Part shown: piece after piece, positions 19,062 to 29,137 of the stretch | Layout of the letters: each line of letters starts with the position of its first letter | How positions within the stretch are numbered: position 1 is the stretch's first letter | From: Candidatus Eiseniibacteriota bacterium | GTDB lineage: Bacteria; Eisenbacteria; RBG-16-71-46; CAIMUX01; VGJL01 | Direction: 5' to 3' | Length of the DNA stretch: 64,000 nucleotides | Assembly (NCBI GenBank): GCA_041946735.1 | Contig: JBHGAY010000016.1 | Coordinates: 32,001 to 96,000 of the forward strand | Translations under genes and position numbers: made by a program | The notes under the pieces: model-generated | The model's database searches: none | The model's input: the letters and a program-made list of their open reading frames with translations, nothing else | What the model was told of the DNA's origin: nothing

Positions 19062-20588
19062 ATGAAGGCCGCAATCCGGTTCCTGTTCCTTCTTCTCCTG
19101 TGCATCGTCGCTGCTCTGCCTGCCGTTGCGGGCAAGAACGCGGGCGGCGCGCTGATCGTGCACACGAATGACCAGGCCAACTACTTCCGGGCCGGCTACG
19201 ACTACTGCGCGCCACCGTACGACGCCTACTTGCCGCCCACATGTCAGGAAGCGGTCACGCGCTCCGAGAAAGATCCTTCCCGGCAGGCCATCATCTGGTT
19301 CCTCGCGGCACTCCCCGCCTCATCGGAACCGGCGATCGCCGAGATTCGTTTCGGTGTCCGGCACAACCTTCCGATCAGCCAGGGGTTCGTGACCGCGAGC
19401 GGAGCATGCGGATTCCCGCCCATCCAGGCGCAAGACCCCGGCCCAGGTTTCCCCGACACGCCAGGAGGCAATCGCATCGTCTATGCCGCTCCCGTCGAGC
19501 ACACCTTCTTCCCGTTCTACTGGTTCGCCGTCTACGGCCTGCAGTGGGGATACTTCGGAACGGGACCCGACCCTCGAGCGGGATACGCCAGCTTCATCGA
19601 TGACAACACTCCTCCGGTGGAGGACCCGATCGAGCGCTTCGGTGAGGTTCGTTGGTACCAAGAGGGCTACAACCAGTGCCCCGATACCGCCATCGCCGCT
19701 TGCTGCCGTTCGGACGGGACCTGCGTAGTCGACGAGGTCGACCGGTGCCTCGCCGTCGGAGCCAAGGTGTACTACGGAATCCTCTCTTGCGATCCCGACC
19801 CATGCGGATTCGTGCTCGGCGCTTGCTGCACGGAGCTTCTTTGCACCGTAGTCAGTCGCGCCGTTTGTGAAGCAGCCGGCGGGGACTTTGCCGGGGAAGA
19901 AACGCTCTGTGATCCCTCCCCTTGCTCCGCGCCCGGAGCCTGCTGCCGGGGGACGACATGCTCCATGGAGCGCAAAGGAGTCTGCCTCGAGTTCGGAGGT
20001 TCGTGGAAGGGCGAGGGAGTGCCCTGCGATCCCAATCCATGTGACGTTGGCGCCTGCTGCTTCGACTCGGTCTGCACCGTGATCCTGCATGACGAATGCG
20101 ATGTGGCCGGGGGGCAGTTCGCAGGCAATGGATCCACCTGCGATCCGAATCCTTGCCTCGCAGGAGCCTGCTGCGTCGGCCACCAGTGCACGGTCGAGAG
20201 TCGCCACCAATGCAAGCTCGCCGGAGGCGAATTCCACGGTCCGGCAAGCCAGTGTTACCCGAACCCTTGCGGGCCGGAGCCCCCGCCGGGAGCCTGCTGC
20301 TTCCTCTCGTCTTGTACCGAGATGAGCGTGTTGCAGTGCGAGGTGGCGGGCGGCGAGTTCTTCGGCGAGGATGTGCCCTGCGAACCCAATCCGTGCCCGA
20401 ATCCGGGGGCGTGCTGCCTGCCGGATGGAAGCTGCGCGATCCTTCACAAATCAGCGTGCCTAGCCGCTGGCGGCGTGTGGACGACCGAGAACATACCGTG
20501 CGATCCAGATCCCTGCCACGCAGCTGGAGCGCAGCCGACGGCGGTGCAACCAACGACCTGGGGCCGCATCCGGGCGACCTATCGATAA
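19062..20588 (+). CDS. Secreted protein with seven GACC Cys-rich repeats and C-terminal TTWGRIR tail
   Basis: Signal peptide; repeats GACC-x4/5-C-x6-C-xxxGG...C-xPxPC; ends VQPTTWGRIRATYR. Confidence 0.85.
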   Translation: MKAAIRFLFLLLLCIVAALPAVAGKNAGGALIVHTNDQANYFRAGYDYCAPPYDAYLPPTCQEAVTRSEKDPSRQAIIWFLAALPASSEPAIAEIRFGVRHNLPISQGFVTASGACGFPPIQAQDPGPGFPDTPGGNRIVYAAPVEHTFFPFYWFAVYGLQWGYFGTGPDPRAGYASFIDDNTPPVEDPIERFGEVRWYQEGYNQCPDTAIAACCRSDGTCVVDEVDRCLAVGAKVYYGILSCDPDPCGFVLGACCTELLCTVVSRAVCEAAGGDFAGEETLCDPSPCSAPGACCRGTTCSMERKGVCLEFGGSWKGEGVPCDPNPCDVGACCFDSVCTVILHDECDVAGGQFAGNGSTCDPNPCLAGACCVGHQCTVESRHQCKLAGGEFHGPASQCYPNPCGPEPPPGACCFLSSCTEMSVLQCEVAGGEFFGEDVPCEPNPCPNPGACCLPDGSCAILHKSACLAAGGVWTTENIPCDPDPCHAAGAQPTAVQPTTWGRIRATYR

Positions 20589-20748
20589 CGAGCGATTCGG
20601 GCGGCAGTGGATCCGCGGTCCTCGGAAGCCGTCGCGCCCCTCAGGCGGTAAGGTTTTCGGCGCCTCTCGCGGCGAGCATCGCTGGGCGATTCAACGCCGT
20701 CCGCGCGAGCGTCTGAACGAGTCGGCCGTTGCTGGCCGCGCCGTCCTG

Positions 20749-22080
20749 CTATTTGATCCGCAGGACCGTGCGGCTCTCTTCGATCCCCTCCGCCCGCAGA
20801 CGAACGAAGTAGGTCCCGGCAGGCGCGCGGCGGCCAGAGCGATCCGAGCCATCCCATGTGAGCGAGTGTGGACCGGCCGAGCGCACCCCGGCGTCCAGCA
20901 AGCGGACGAGGCGGCCGGCCGCGTCGAAAACGGCGACCTGCGCGGTCGAGGTCCGATCGGTCGTGTAGTCGATCCGGATACCTGATGTGAACGGGTTGGG
21001 CTCGCAGCGCAGGGATCTGGGCGTCGGAACGATCGCGTCCTGCGTAACCTCCGCCGTGATCTCCCCGCCGGTCACGGTGTGGAGGATCGTGCCGTTGTCG
21101 CCGACGGCCGTGCCGACCCACGCGTCAACGAACTGGATGGCGTGGAGATCCTCGGTCGTCCCGCTCGGCTGCTCGGTCCACGAGGAGCAACCGTCCTCGG
21201 TTCTCTGAATCGCACCATCGTCCCCGGCCAGCCATCCAAGGTCAGAGGTCTCGAACCAAACGTCATGGAACCCGTAGTCGAACTGGCAGGCCTCGTCCCA
21301 GGAGACGCCTCCATCGGTCGTTCTTTCCAGCCCGCCGCCCGGAGGGAGATCCGACGCCAACGGTCCTCCGAAGCCGGTCTCGCCGTCGACGAAGCGCAGC
21401 ACATGCAGGATCTCGGTGTGCGACGGATTGCCGAACGTGTTGCAGCCATCGGTGGTCCGGAAGCACAGTCCGTAGCGCGAGTAGTCGTAGCGCGTGATCT
21501 CACAGGAGAGGACCGCCGTTGTCGCGGTGAACCCCGCAACGTCGAGGGAGGCGACGGAGCAGGGATGGCCGTCGTTCCAGCTCAGAATGTTCCGGCTCCA
21601 AGTCGCCCCGCCATCGGTGGTGACACCAACTCCACCGCCTGAGTACGGATACCCATAGGCGGTCCAGGCCTCCCAGACGGTGAGACTGTCGACCACCGAG
21701 ATTGCGCCCAGTGGCAGGGACTCATAGTCCCCTTGATGGACGACCATCCAGCTCATCCCCCCGTTCGTCGTGCGCAGGAGCGTCCACTGGTCGGCGGCGG
21801 CGTAGCCATTCTCGCGGTCGCAGAAGTCGATGTCGTGAATTCTCCCGGCGACTCCGGACTCCTGCTCGACCCAGTTCGTGCCTCCGTCGGTCGTGTGAAG
21901 GATCGTCCCACCGCTCCCGCCGATCCATCCGTAGGATGGATCGACGAAGTCGACGCAGCGAAGCGCGGCGGGAACGGGGGAGGTTTGCGGGTACCAGCCG
22001 GGCTCGGCACGCACGGCCGACGACATGGACAGAACGATCAACAAGGCGCACAGGTAAATCGACCGAGTTAGGGGAGTCAC
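20749..22080 (-). CDS. Secreted YCF48/BNR (Asp-box) beta-propeller protein with FlgD-Ig/T9SS-like CTD
   Basis: Repeated TTDGGxxW; CTD PNPF...VFDAAGRLVR...WDG...GTYFVRL; GTG start with AAGGAG RBS. Confidence 0.85.
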   Translation of the reverse strand: MTPLTRSIYLCALLIVLSMSSAVRAEPGWYPQTSPVPAALRCVDFVDPSYGWIGGSGGTILHTTDGGTNWVEQESGVAGRIHDIDFCDRENGYAAADQWTLLRTTNGGMSWMVVHQGDYESLPLGAISVVDSLTVWEAWTAYGYPYSGGGVGVTTDGGATWSRNILSWNDGHPCSVASLDVAGFTATTAVLSCEITRYDYSRYGLCFRTTDGCNTFGNPSHTEILHVLRFVDGETGFGGPLASDLPPGGGLERTTDGGVSWDEACQFDYGFHDVWFETSDLGWLAGDDGAIQRTEDGCSSWTEQPSGTTEDLHAIQFVDAWVGTAVGDNGTILHTVTGGEITAEVTQDAIVPTPRSLRCEPNPFTSGIRIDYTTDRTSTAQVAVFDAAGRLVRLLDAGVRSAGPHSLTWDGSDRSGRRAPAGTYFVRLRAEGIEESRTVLRIK

Positions 22081-22252
22081 GGCCGGCTCCTTTCTGAGGT
22101 CTCCACGGCGTTCTCACTGCAAGCATCGCTCCGGCGCTCCTGTTCGGGAGCGACCATCACAGTCTCTTCCAGGCGGTCCCTGGGTTCTCGCGGGGACAAT
22201 TATGCACGGGCTCGCCGGAGCATTCAAGGAATCGATTCAGTTGGGGGAGGCT

Positions 22253-22285
22253 GGAGCCGCATAGGAGCCGCATAGGAGCCGCATA
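22253..22285. repeat. Three perfect tandem copies of 11-bp GGAGCCGCATA
   Basis: Copies at 22253, 22264 and 22275 in a divergent intergenic region. Confidence 0.9.
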
Positions 22286-22389
22286 TCACGACCCATTCAG
22301 GGCCGATCCGGGATCCCCCGGCCTGGACCGGCTCCCGCGGCAGGCATAGAATTGCGCTGCTCCTGCAACAGAGGAAGGAGGGAGCGATC

Positions 22390-24543
22390 ATGGGCCGCCT
22401 GTTGCTTCCGTTGTCGATCCTGTTAGTCGTCGCATTCTCGATTCCATCGAATGCGCTTGCGATTCCACCGGATACTCCGAGCTTTCTCTCCTCGACGTTG
22501 TGGAGCAATCCGAACTCTGTGCGCGTCCTCGACGACAAGGCCTACGTCGTCTATCCGAACGGTCTCGCCGTCTTCGACGCATCGGACCCCACAGCCCCGG
22601 TTCTACTCGGACGCACGTACTCACCCGGTTGGCTGTCACGTCTGGAGTTGATGTGGCCGTACGCGTTCGTCGGCTCGACCGACTGCATCCGAATTTTCGA
22701 CATCAACGATCCGAAGTCGCCGCGCCAGATCGGCAGATACCCGGTCTCGGGCGAGCTCGCTGACTTCGCCTTCGCCAAGAACCTGGCCTACATCGAGGCC
22801 GGCGACTACGAAAGGACACTCGAGATCGTCGACTTCAGCGATCCGACTGCTCCGACCCTGCTCGGTTCGTGCGCCGCACCCGGTTTCACCATCGCGCTCG
22901 CCGGCGAGTACGTCTACATGCCGGCGTACCACGACGGCGTCTTCGTGATTGATGTGTCCGACCCTCGGCAGCCACACGTGGCGGGTCGCTGGGAGATGGG
23001 AATATTCTCGACGATCCGCGTCCACGGGGATCGGGCCTACTGCATCTGGATCAGTGGCGAGAAGGTGCAGGGGGAGGACGGCGAGGATCTGCGAGACGAC
23101 AGCGGCGTGATGGTCTATGACATTTCCCAGCCGCTTGAGCCGGTGTACTTGGGGGAGTACCGAGCGCAATACAATGTTGAATGGGTGAGCGACATCTACT
23201 TCGACTGCGGGCTCGCCTACCTGACCCCCGGCCCTGGAACCGCCCTGATCCTCGACTTCGCCGATCCCGCGAATCCGCTCGTCGTCGGGAACCTGGTCAC
23301 CCAGGGCGACTTCCGCGATCTCGATTTCCTGTGCGGGACGATGTACGTCGCGGACGGCCGCAACGGTCTGGTCAGCGTCGACGTCAGCGACCCCGCCGAA
23401 CCGTCCGTCCTCGGGAGTTGGTGGGAGGCTTCCTACCCTTCAGGGATCTCCGTGGACGATCGGGCTGCCTACATTGCCGACGGGATTTTCGGCCTGCACG
23501 TACTTGACGTCCACGATCCCCTCCATCCTGTGGTGATCTCGCGGCTGCCGATGGTCGATCCCCCGGACAACCTGGTTGTGGCTGGCGATTATGCTTTCTG
23601 CTGGGACAATCAGACTGGAGTGGACGTCATCGACGTCGCCGACCTCGATCACCCTGAGCCGGTCGCGCACATGAACGTTCCGGCCAGCGGGCTTGCCCTC
23701 GCCGGCGACGTCGCGTATGTCGTCCGAAGCGCGCAGTTCACCTCGATCGACATCTCCGATCCCGGCCACCCCGCGGTCCTCGGTGGCTGCGCAATCCCTC
23801 CGTACGCGGGATACGATGTCTGCACGCACGGCGATCTAGCCTACGTTGCCAATGGAGACGCGGGCCTCGTCATCGTCGATGTCTCGGATCCGGCACACCC
23901 GTTCCGGCGCGGAACCTGCGACCTCTATGACCGGCCGTACAACGTCGTAACGGACGGCTCGGTCGTCTACGCGAGCCTCTCGTACTACAAGCTCGGGGTC
24001 TTCGACGTCACAAACCCGGACCAGCCTTACTTCGTTCGCGAGATCGTGCTCCCCGGAGGGATGGGGATGATGCGGATCGTCGGGGATCGCCTCTTCGTCG
24101 ACGCGACACCCGGGATCCGCGTCTATGACATCTCGGACCCTCGTGATCCGATCGAGGTCGGTAGCACGGACGTGATTGCCGGGAGGTTCGACATCCGCGG
24201 GCCGTTTCTCTACCTCGTCGGCGGCGGCTCGTTCGTCGTCCTCGGTCCAGCGGCGGCGAATGCCGAGGCGGAGAGCGCAAGCCTCGCAGATCTCCGGGTC
24301 GTGGCGACCGACCCCGTGAGCGCCGAGGCGAGAATCCGAGTGCATCTGCGCCGGCCCGGAAACCTGACCGTCTCGGTCTTCGACGTGGCCGGCCGTCTCG
24401 TCGCGACGCTGTTCGATGGCTTTGCGGAAGCGGGGGAGCACTCCCTTCGCTGGACGCCGGGCTCGGCCGCGGCGGGGGTCTACTTCGTACGCGCCGAGTC
24501 CCAGGGACGGTCGGCGAGCCGTATGATGCACCGCATCCGGTGA
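22390..24543 (+). CDS. Secreted LVIVD-repeat protein with T9SS-like CTD
   Basis: Many AYV...GLxIxDVSDPxxP repeats; C-terminal VFDVAGRLVA...AGVYFVR. Confidence 0.88.
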   Translation: MGRLLLPLSILLVVAFSIPSNALAIPPDTPSFLSSTLWSNPNSVRVLDDKAYVVYPNGLAVFDASDPTAPVLLGRTYSPGWLSRLELMWPYAFVGSTDCIRIFDINDPKSPRQIGRYPVSGELADFAFAKNLAYIEAGDYERTLEIVDFSDPTAPTLLGSCAAPGFTIALAGEYVYMPAYHDGVFVIDVSDPRQPHVAGRWEMGIFSTIRVHGDRAYCIWISGEKVQGEDGEDLRDDSGVMVYDISQPLEPVYLGEYRAQYNVEWVSDIYFDCGLAYLTPGPGTALILDFADPANPLVVGNLVTQGDFRDLDFLCGTMYVADGRNGLVSVDVSDPAEPSVLGSWWEASYPSGISVDDRAAYIADGIFGLHVLDVHDPLHPVVISRLPMVDPPDNLVVAGDYAFCWDNQTGVDVIDVADLDHPEPVAHMNVPASGLALAGDVAYVVRSAQFTSIDISDPGHPAVLGGCAIPPYAGYDVCTHGDLAYVANGDAGLVIVDVSDPAHPFRRGTCDLYDRPYNVVTDGSVVYASLSYYKLGVFDVTNPDQPYFVREIVLPGGMGMMRIVGDRLFVDATPGIRVYDISDPRDPIEVGSTDVIAGRFDIRGPFLYLVGGGSFVVLGPAAANAEAESASLADLRVVATDPVSAEARIRVHLRRPGNLTVSVFDVAGRLVATLFDGFAEAGEHSLRWTPGSAAAGVYFVRAESQGRSASRMMHRIR

Positions 24544-24693
24544 CGATCTCGGAACCGGAAGGGCCGATCCTGGCCGAGAGACGATCGAGGTGAGGAGCGT
24601 CGTTGCGGCGTCGCGCGCCTTCGACCCCGTAGGTGTCGGCCGCCCCACCGGGCAGAACCGGATCCTGCGAGCAAGGGGCTCGCTCTTGGCGTT

Positions 24694-26766
24694 CTAGCGG
24701 ACGATGATTCTCTCCGCCTCGCGGTCGCCGGCCGCACTCACGCGAGCCCAGTACACGCCGCTCGGAACGACCGCGCCGTTCTCGCCGCGGCCGTCCCACC
24801 GGATCGAGTAGTCTCCCGCCTCCCGAACGCCTCCCGAGAGGTTACGCACGAGCCGGCCACCCGCATCGTAGATGTTCACCGTCACGGGACCGCTCGTACG
24901 CACGGAGTAGGCGATCGTCGTCCAACGATTCGCGTCCATCGGGTTCGGCGCGACGTGCATCCGCACCTCGCGGCCGGAGAGTGCGGGATCGGGCGCGGCT
25001 GCAAGATCGCAGTCGGGAAGCTGCGGAATCGGCGCTGCGTCGGTCCAGACCAGCTTGAAACAGGCCCAGTCGTCGCAGTCGACATCGCCGTCCCCGTCGA
25101 AGTCGCCCGCTTCGCAATCGGGACCGACCGGACCGCCTCCCGGGCCGGTATAGCAGGCCGCAAACCGCTCGTAGTCGGCCGTGTCCACGGCTCCGTCCTG
25201 GTCGAAGTCGCCGGCCCATCCCTTTCCCTCGAGGAGGTCCATCTGGGCGTAGTCGTTGGTGACGTCCTTGCCGGCGGCCAGGAGCTGGTTCATCGAGTTG
25301 TCGAGATAGGTGCGGAAGCTGCCGCTCGGCAGGTCGGGATCGGCGCTGGGGTTCGGCCATGGCGGGTTGAACCCGTTCGACAGGAAACCCGGGATCAGGA
25401 TGTTCTTGACCGACCAGCGATCGATCGCGATCGGATCCAGGCTCGCGACCAGCTCGTCGCGCCGCGTCGCGCCGGCGTAGGTCGTCTGGGGCCCCGTGTT
25501 CGGGTTCGCGTTGATCCAGATCGCGTCGACGATGTTCAAGTCGGCCGTCTGGATCTCGCCCATCAGGGCGCCCATGATTCCCAGCCGGATCGCGTTATGC
25601 GAGTTCGTCGAGAACTGGTCGGTCACGACTCCCATGTAATGCTTGGTGCAGACGGTCGCGCCATAGGTCGCGTGATGGGACTTCAGGACCGGCACGTTCA
25701 CGAACTTCAGGTGCGCGCGATCGTACTCCCCGGTCCCCGGATCCCATGTCCCGTAGCGCACGCTGACGTAGGTCCCGTAGGCGGTGCAGAACTTCGCGTA
25801 GGAGAGCTTGCCCTGGTACTGCCCGCTGTACCCCTCGACGACATATCCGTCGTTCATGTTGCCGGTCGTGTATTCAGTCACCTGGCTGGCACGGATCGAC
25901 GTCCAGTCGTAATGCGAAACGCGGTAGCCCTGCTCTTGGAAGCCGGCGACGACATCGTGCGGCGAGAGGCTGTGGTCCTGCGCGTTGTTGTTGGCGCGAT
26001 CGAAACCGTTGACCGGGTTGAACTGCGCGTTCTCGCACACGACGACCTCGCCGGTGAATCCGCCAGGATGGTCCACGATCGCGCGGATCAGGGCTCGGAG
26101 CAGATCGGTGTTCGTCCCGCCGCGTTGGTCCCACTGGTAGTTGATCTTGACGATGACCACGTCGTCCTTCGCGATGACGCCCTCGGGTCCGGAGAGCGGC
26201 GTGACCTCGTCGCTCTCGTAGAACTTGAGTCCGCCCCGTCCCATCGTCAGGAGGAGGTTGCTCAGTCCCACGAAGTGATCCCCGGCCGGGTCTTGCGGGC
26301 ACTCGCTCACATGATAAATCTGCGCCCGGTAGTCGGGGCGCGGGCTCGAGACCGGTCCCGAGTAGGTCGGGAGCGCCTGGGAGCGGTACGTCGCGAACGA
26401 GACAATGAGAACGGCCGCGACCAGGCCAGCCATCGCCAGGATCGGACTGCGGCGGTAGCATGCGATCGTGCTGCGCCGGGCTGCCAGGACCGCTGCGACG
26501 ACGGGGGCCGCGAACGCGGCCGTCGCCGTGCCGATCGCCGCCCGCTGGCAAGGGTAAGTCAGCCGGCTAGGCTTGGCTCCGCTCCTCAAGGCCAGCCACA
26601 CGAGCGCCAGCACGCCGCTCACGAATGCGTTCGCCAGGAACCAGCGTCCCAGGAATCCACGGAACGGTGCCGGCCAAGGGAGTCTTGGGTGCGAATGACG
26701 CCTGGGATGGGAATGGTGCCTCGGATGGGAAGGATGCGCGATCGGGGCGCGTCGGCCGTCGCTCAT
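24694..26766 (-). CDS. DUF362 (putative Fe-S) domain protein with dockerin/EF-hand-like repeats and FlgD-Ig CTD
   Basis: VIVKINYQW, NVPVLKSH, TVCTKHYMG, ASLDPIAID; GDFDQDGAVDTAD and GDFDGDGDVDCDD; PNP...WDGRGENG...SGVYW; GGAGG RBS. Confidence 0.75.
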   Translation of the reverse strand: MSDGRRAPIAHPSHPRHHSHPRRHSHPRLPWPAPFRGFLGRWFLANAFVSGVLALVWLALRSGAKPSRLTYPCQRAAIGTATAAFAAPVVAAVLAARRSTIACYRRSPILAMAGLVAAVLIVSFATYRSQALPTYSGPVSSPRPDYRAQIYHVSECPQDPAGDHFVGLSNLLLTMGRGGLKFYESDEVTPLSGPEGVIAKDDVVIVKINYQWDQRGGTNTDLLRALIRAIVDHPGGFTGEVVVCENAQFNPVNGFDRANNNAQDHSLSPHDVVAGFQEQGYRVSHYDWTSIRASQVTEYTTGNMNDGYVVEGYSGQYQGKLSYAKFCTAYGTYVSVRYGTWDPGTGEYDRAHLKFVNVPVLKSHHATYGATVCTKHYMGVVTDQFSTNSHNAIRLGIMGALMGEIQTADLNIVDAIWINANPNTGPQTTYAGATRRDELVASLDPIAIDRWSVKNILIPGFLSNGFNPPWPNPSADPDLPSGSFRTYLDNSMNQLLAAGKDVTNDYAQMDLLEGKGWAGDFDQDGAVDTADYERFAACYTGPGGGPVGPDCEAGDFDGDGDVDCDDWACFKLVWTDAAPIPQLPDCDLAAAPDPALSGREVRMHVAPNPMDANRWTTIAYSVRTSGPVTVNIYDAGGRLVRNLSGGVREAGDYSIRWDGRGENGAVVPSGVYWARVSAAGDREAERIIVR

Positions 26767-27058
26767 GGGGAGACCTCCCGGGTCGCTCTTGGCTGATCGA
26801 ATGCGTGACATACGAGTTCGTCTCACGAACTCCACCTGTTTTGCACGCGCAGAGCATACTCCATGCGTCCTCGGCGGTCGATCGGTGCTCGAGAGATCGT
26901 ACCGGTCCGTCTCTGACTTCTTCGCACTTCTGACCCGGACCGCCGCACTCGTGCTATCCTCGCGGGTTTCGTCCCGCCCCTCGATGGAAGGCCGCCCGGA
27001 CACGAAGGGCGCTGGAGCAGTGGGCCGCGCAGGAGACACACAGGGAGAGGAGCGGCTC

Positions 27059-27586
27059 ATGCTCAGAGGCAGGTCGGTCACGCTTCGCCCCGTCCTCGAG
27101 ACGGACCTCGATCCGCTCTACCGGTTCCACATCGATATCGACAACCGGGGGGAATTCTTCCCGCGCGGCATCGTCGCTCAACCTGCCTTCCGCAAGCAGT
27201 TCCTGGACTCCGGATTCTGGACGAAGGATGAGGGAATGCTGGTCATGGTGGGCCCGGAAGACGAGACGATCGGGCACATCGAATTCTTCAAGACCGTGAA
27301 CTACCTCGACGAGTATGAGCTCTCCTACCATATCTACGCTGCGGAGCATCGGGGTCGCGGGGCAGCGACCGAAGCGGTCAACTTGCTGGTGCGCTACCTC
27401 TTCGAGACCCGTCCGGTCCACCGGATCCGCCTGGTGATCCACCCCGACAACGTTGCCTCACGCCGGCTGGCGGAGAGGTGCGGCTTTCGTCATGAGGGGA
27501 CAGCGCGCGGGGCCTGGTTCCATCGTGGCGTTCACCGGGATGTCGAGATCTACGCCATCCTGAGGGGGGAGGCGATGGCCGGATGA
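27059..27586 (+). CDS. GNAT acetyltransferase, RimJ/RimL family
   Basis: LRGRSVTLRPV, HRGRGAATEA, NVASRRLAERCGFRHEG. Confidence 0.88.
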   Translation: MLRGRSVTLRPVLETDLDPLYRFHIDIDNRGEFFPRGIVAQPAFRKQFLDSGFWTKDEGMLVMVGPEDETIGHIEFFKTVNYLDEYELSYHIYAAEHRGRGAATEAVNLLVRYLFETRPVHRIRLVIHPDNVASRRLAERCGFRHEGTARGAWFHRGVHRDVEIYAILRGEAMAG

Positions 27587-27692
27587 TCCCCCAATCTTCC
27601 CCCACGAGGCGGTTGCGCTGGGCGCATTCGTCCTGCCGTTGTACAACCCGCCGAGCCAGGAGCGCCTTCTTGATGAGAACAACGGAGGTCCG

Positions 27693-28142
27693 ATGATGAC
27701 TCGTTCGCGCAGGATGCTTCTCCCGGTCGCTTTCGTGGCCGGCTTGATCGTCGGGATCGCCATACCGGGCGTGGGCGGTCCGGCCGGCTCGAAGGTCACG
27801 AATCTGCTCGCGGCGACTCTCTCGGAGGAGTTCACGCCCGGGCGCGAGGTGCTGATCGACCTGGTCGAGATTCCTCCCAACCAGAAGCTGGACTGGCACT
27901 GGCATCCCGGAGAGGAGTTTCACTACTACCTGGAAGGGAATCCGGTGATCGAACTCGCCGATGCGCCGCCCATCATCGGCGAGCCCGGGACGGTCGGCCA
28001 TGTCGCGTTCAAGCAGCGCCACCAGGCGACCGCCGGGGACAAGGGTGCGAAGATTCTCGTGTTTCGGGTGCACACCAAGGGAGAGCCTTGGCGTTATCTG
28101 GACGAAGAGCACGATCACGACCATCCTGTGACACGCAAATGA
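27693..28142 (+). CDS. Secreted cupin-domain protein
   Basis: Signal peptide; WHWHPGEEFHYYLEG...H cupin motif. Confidence 0.8.
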   Translation: MMTRSRRMLLPVAFVAGLIVGIAIPGVGGPAGSKVTNLLAATLSEEFTPGREVLIDLVEIPPNQKLDWHWHPGEEFHYYLEGNPVIELADAPPIIGEPGTVGHVAFKQRHQATAGDKGAKILVFRVHTKGEPWRYLDEEHDHDHPVTRK

Positions 28143-29047
28143 GCATGATGAGCTGGCTCCTCGACTCCGACCCGGCGATCCGATGGCAGGTCCTGCGCGA
28201 CGTCCTGCATGAGTCCGACGATGTCGTGACGGCCGAGCGTGCCCGCGTGGCGAAGGAAGGTTGGGGGGCGCAGCTCCTCGCCCGGCAGACGCCGGCCGGC
28301 CCATGGGGCGACGGCGAGGACGAAGGATGGATGACCACGATCCAGTTCCTGGATCTCCTGAAAGATTTCGGGATCGACCCAGCATCCGCGGAAGCGCGAC
28401 GCGCCGTCGGCCTCGTCCGCGATCGGCTCACCTGGTGGCAGCTTGACGGGAGGCCCTTCTTCGAAGGGGAGACAGAGCCGTGCATCAACGGGAGGATCGT
28501 CGGGATTGGCGCCTACTTCGGCGAGGCGACCGATCGGCTGGTCGAGCGCCTGCTGAGCGAACAGCTCGAGGACGGCGGTTGGAACTGTGAGGCCCCGCCG
28601 AGCGCATGCTCCTCGTTCCACTCGACAATCTGTGTGCTCGAGGGGCTCCTGGAGTACGAAAGGGCGAAGGGCGGCAGAGCGGGGGCGGTGAGGAAGGCCC
28701 GGCTGCGCGGGCAGGAGTACCTTCTCGAGCGCCGGATGCTGCGGTCCCGCCGCACCGGTGAGATCATCGACCGCAAGTGGACGCGCTTCTCGTTCCCAAC
28801 TCGGTGGCATTACGACGTGCTGCGCGGCCTCGATTACATGCGGAAGGCCGGGATCGAGCCGGACGAGCGGGTCGCAGAGGCGATCAGCATCGTCGAGCAA
28901 CGGCGCCACCAGAACAAGCGCTGGCCGATGAACCTCCTCCACTCCGATCGGATCCCCTTCGATATGGAGACGGGGGTGGGCCGTGCGAGCCGCTGGATCA
29001 CGCTCCGTGCGCTTCGGGTGCTGGAGTGGGGAGGGAAGCGAGGGTAG
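28139..29047 (+). CDS. Conserved hypothetical protein, prenyltransferase/squalene-cyclase-like alpha-barrel
   Basis: WLLDSDPAIRWQV, EPCING, QLEDGGWNC, SFHSTICVLEGL, FPTRWHYDVLRGL; ATGA overlap with the cupin gene. Confidence 0.7.
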   Translation: MSMMSWLLDSDPAIRWQVLRDVLHESDDVVTAERARVAKEGWGAQLLARQTPAGPWGDGEDEGWMTTIQFLDLLKDFGIDPASAEARRAVGLVRDRLTWWQLDGRPFFEGETEPCINGRIVGIGAYFGEATDRLVERLLSEQLEDGGWNCEAPPSACSSFHSTICVLEGLLEYERAKGGRAGAVRKARLRGQEYLLERRMLRSRRTGEIIDRKWTRFSFPTRWHYDVLRGLDYMRKAGIEPDERVAEAISIVEQRRHQNKRWPMNLLHSDRIPFDMETGVGRASRWITLRALRVLEWGGKRG

Positions 29048-29137
29048 CCGCCGCGCGCTTCCCTATCATGGCGCACTCCGGTGCTCGGCATGGTGTGTGC
29101 TTCCACCCACGCCGTCGCTCCTACCTACGCCAATCGA

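Noticed and set aside
19690..22285. CRISPR array or DGR suggested by repeats
   Set aside because: Repeats are protein-coding or directly tandem without spacers; no cas or reverse transcriptase genes seen
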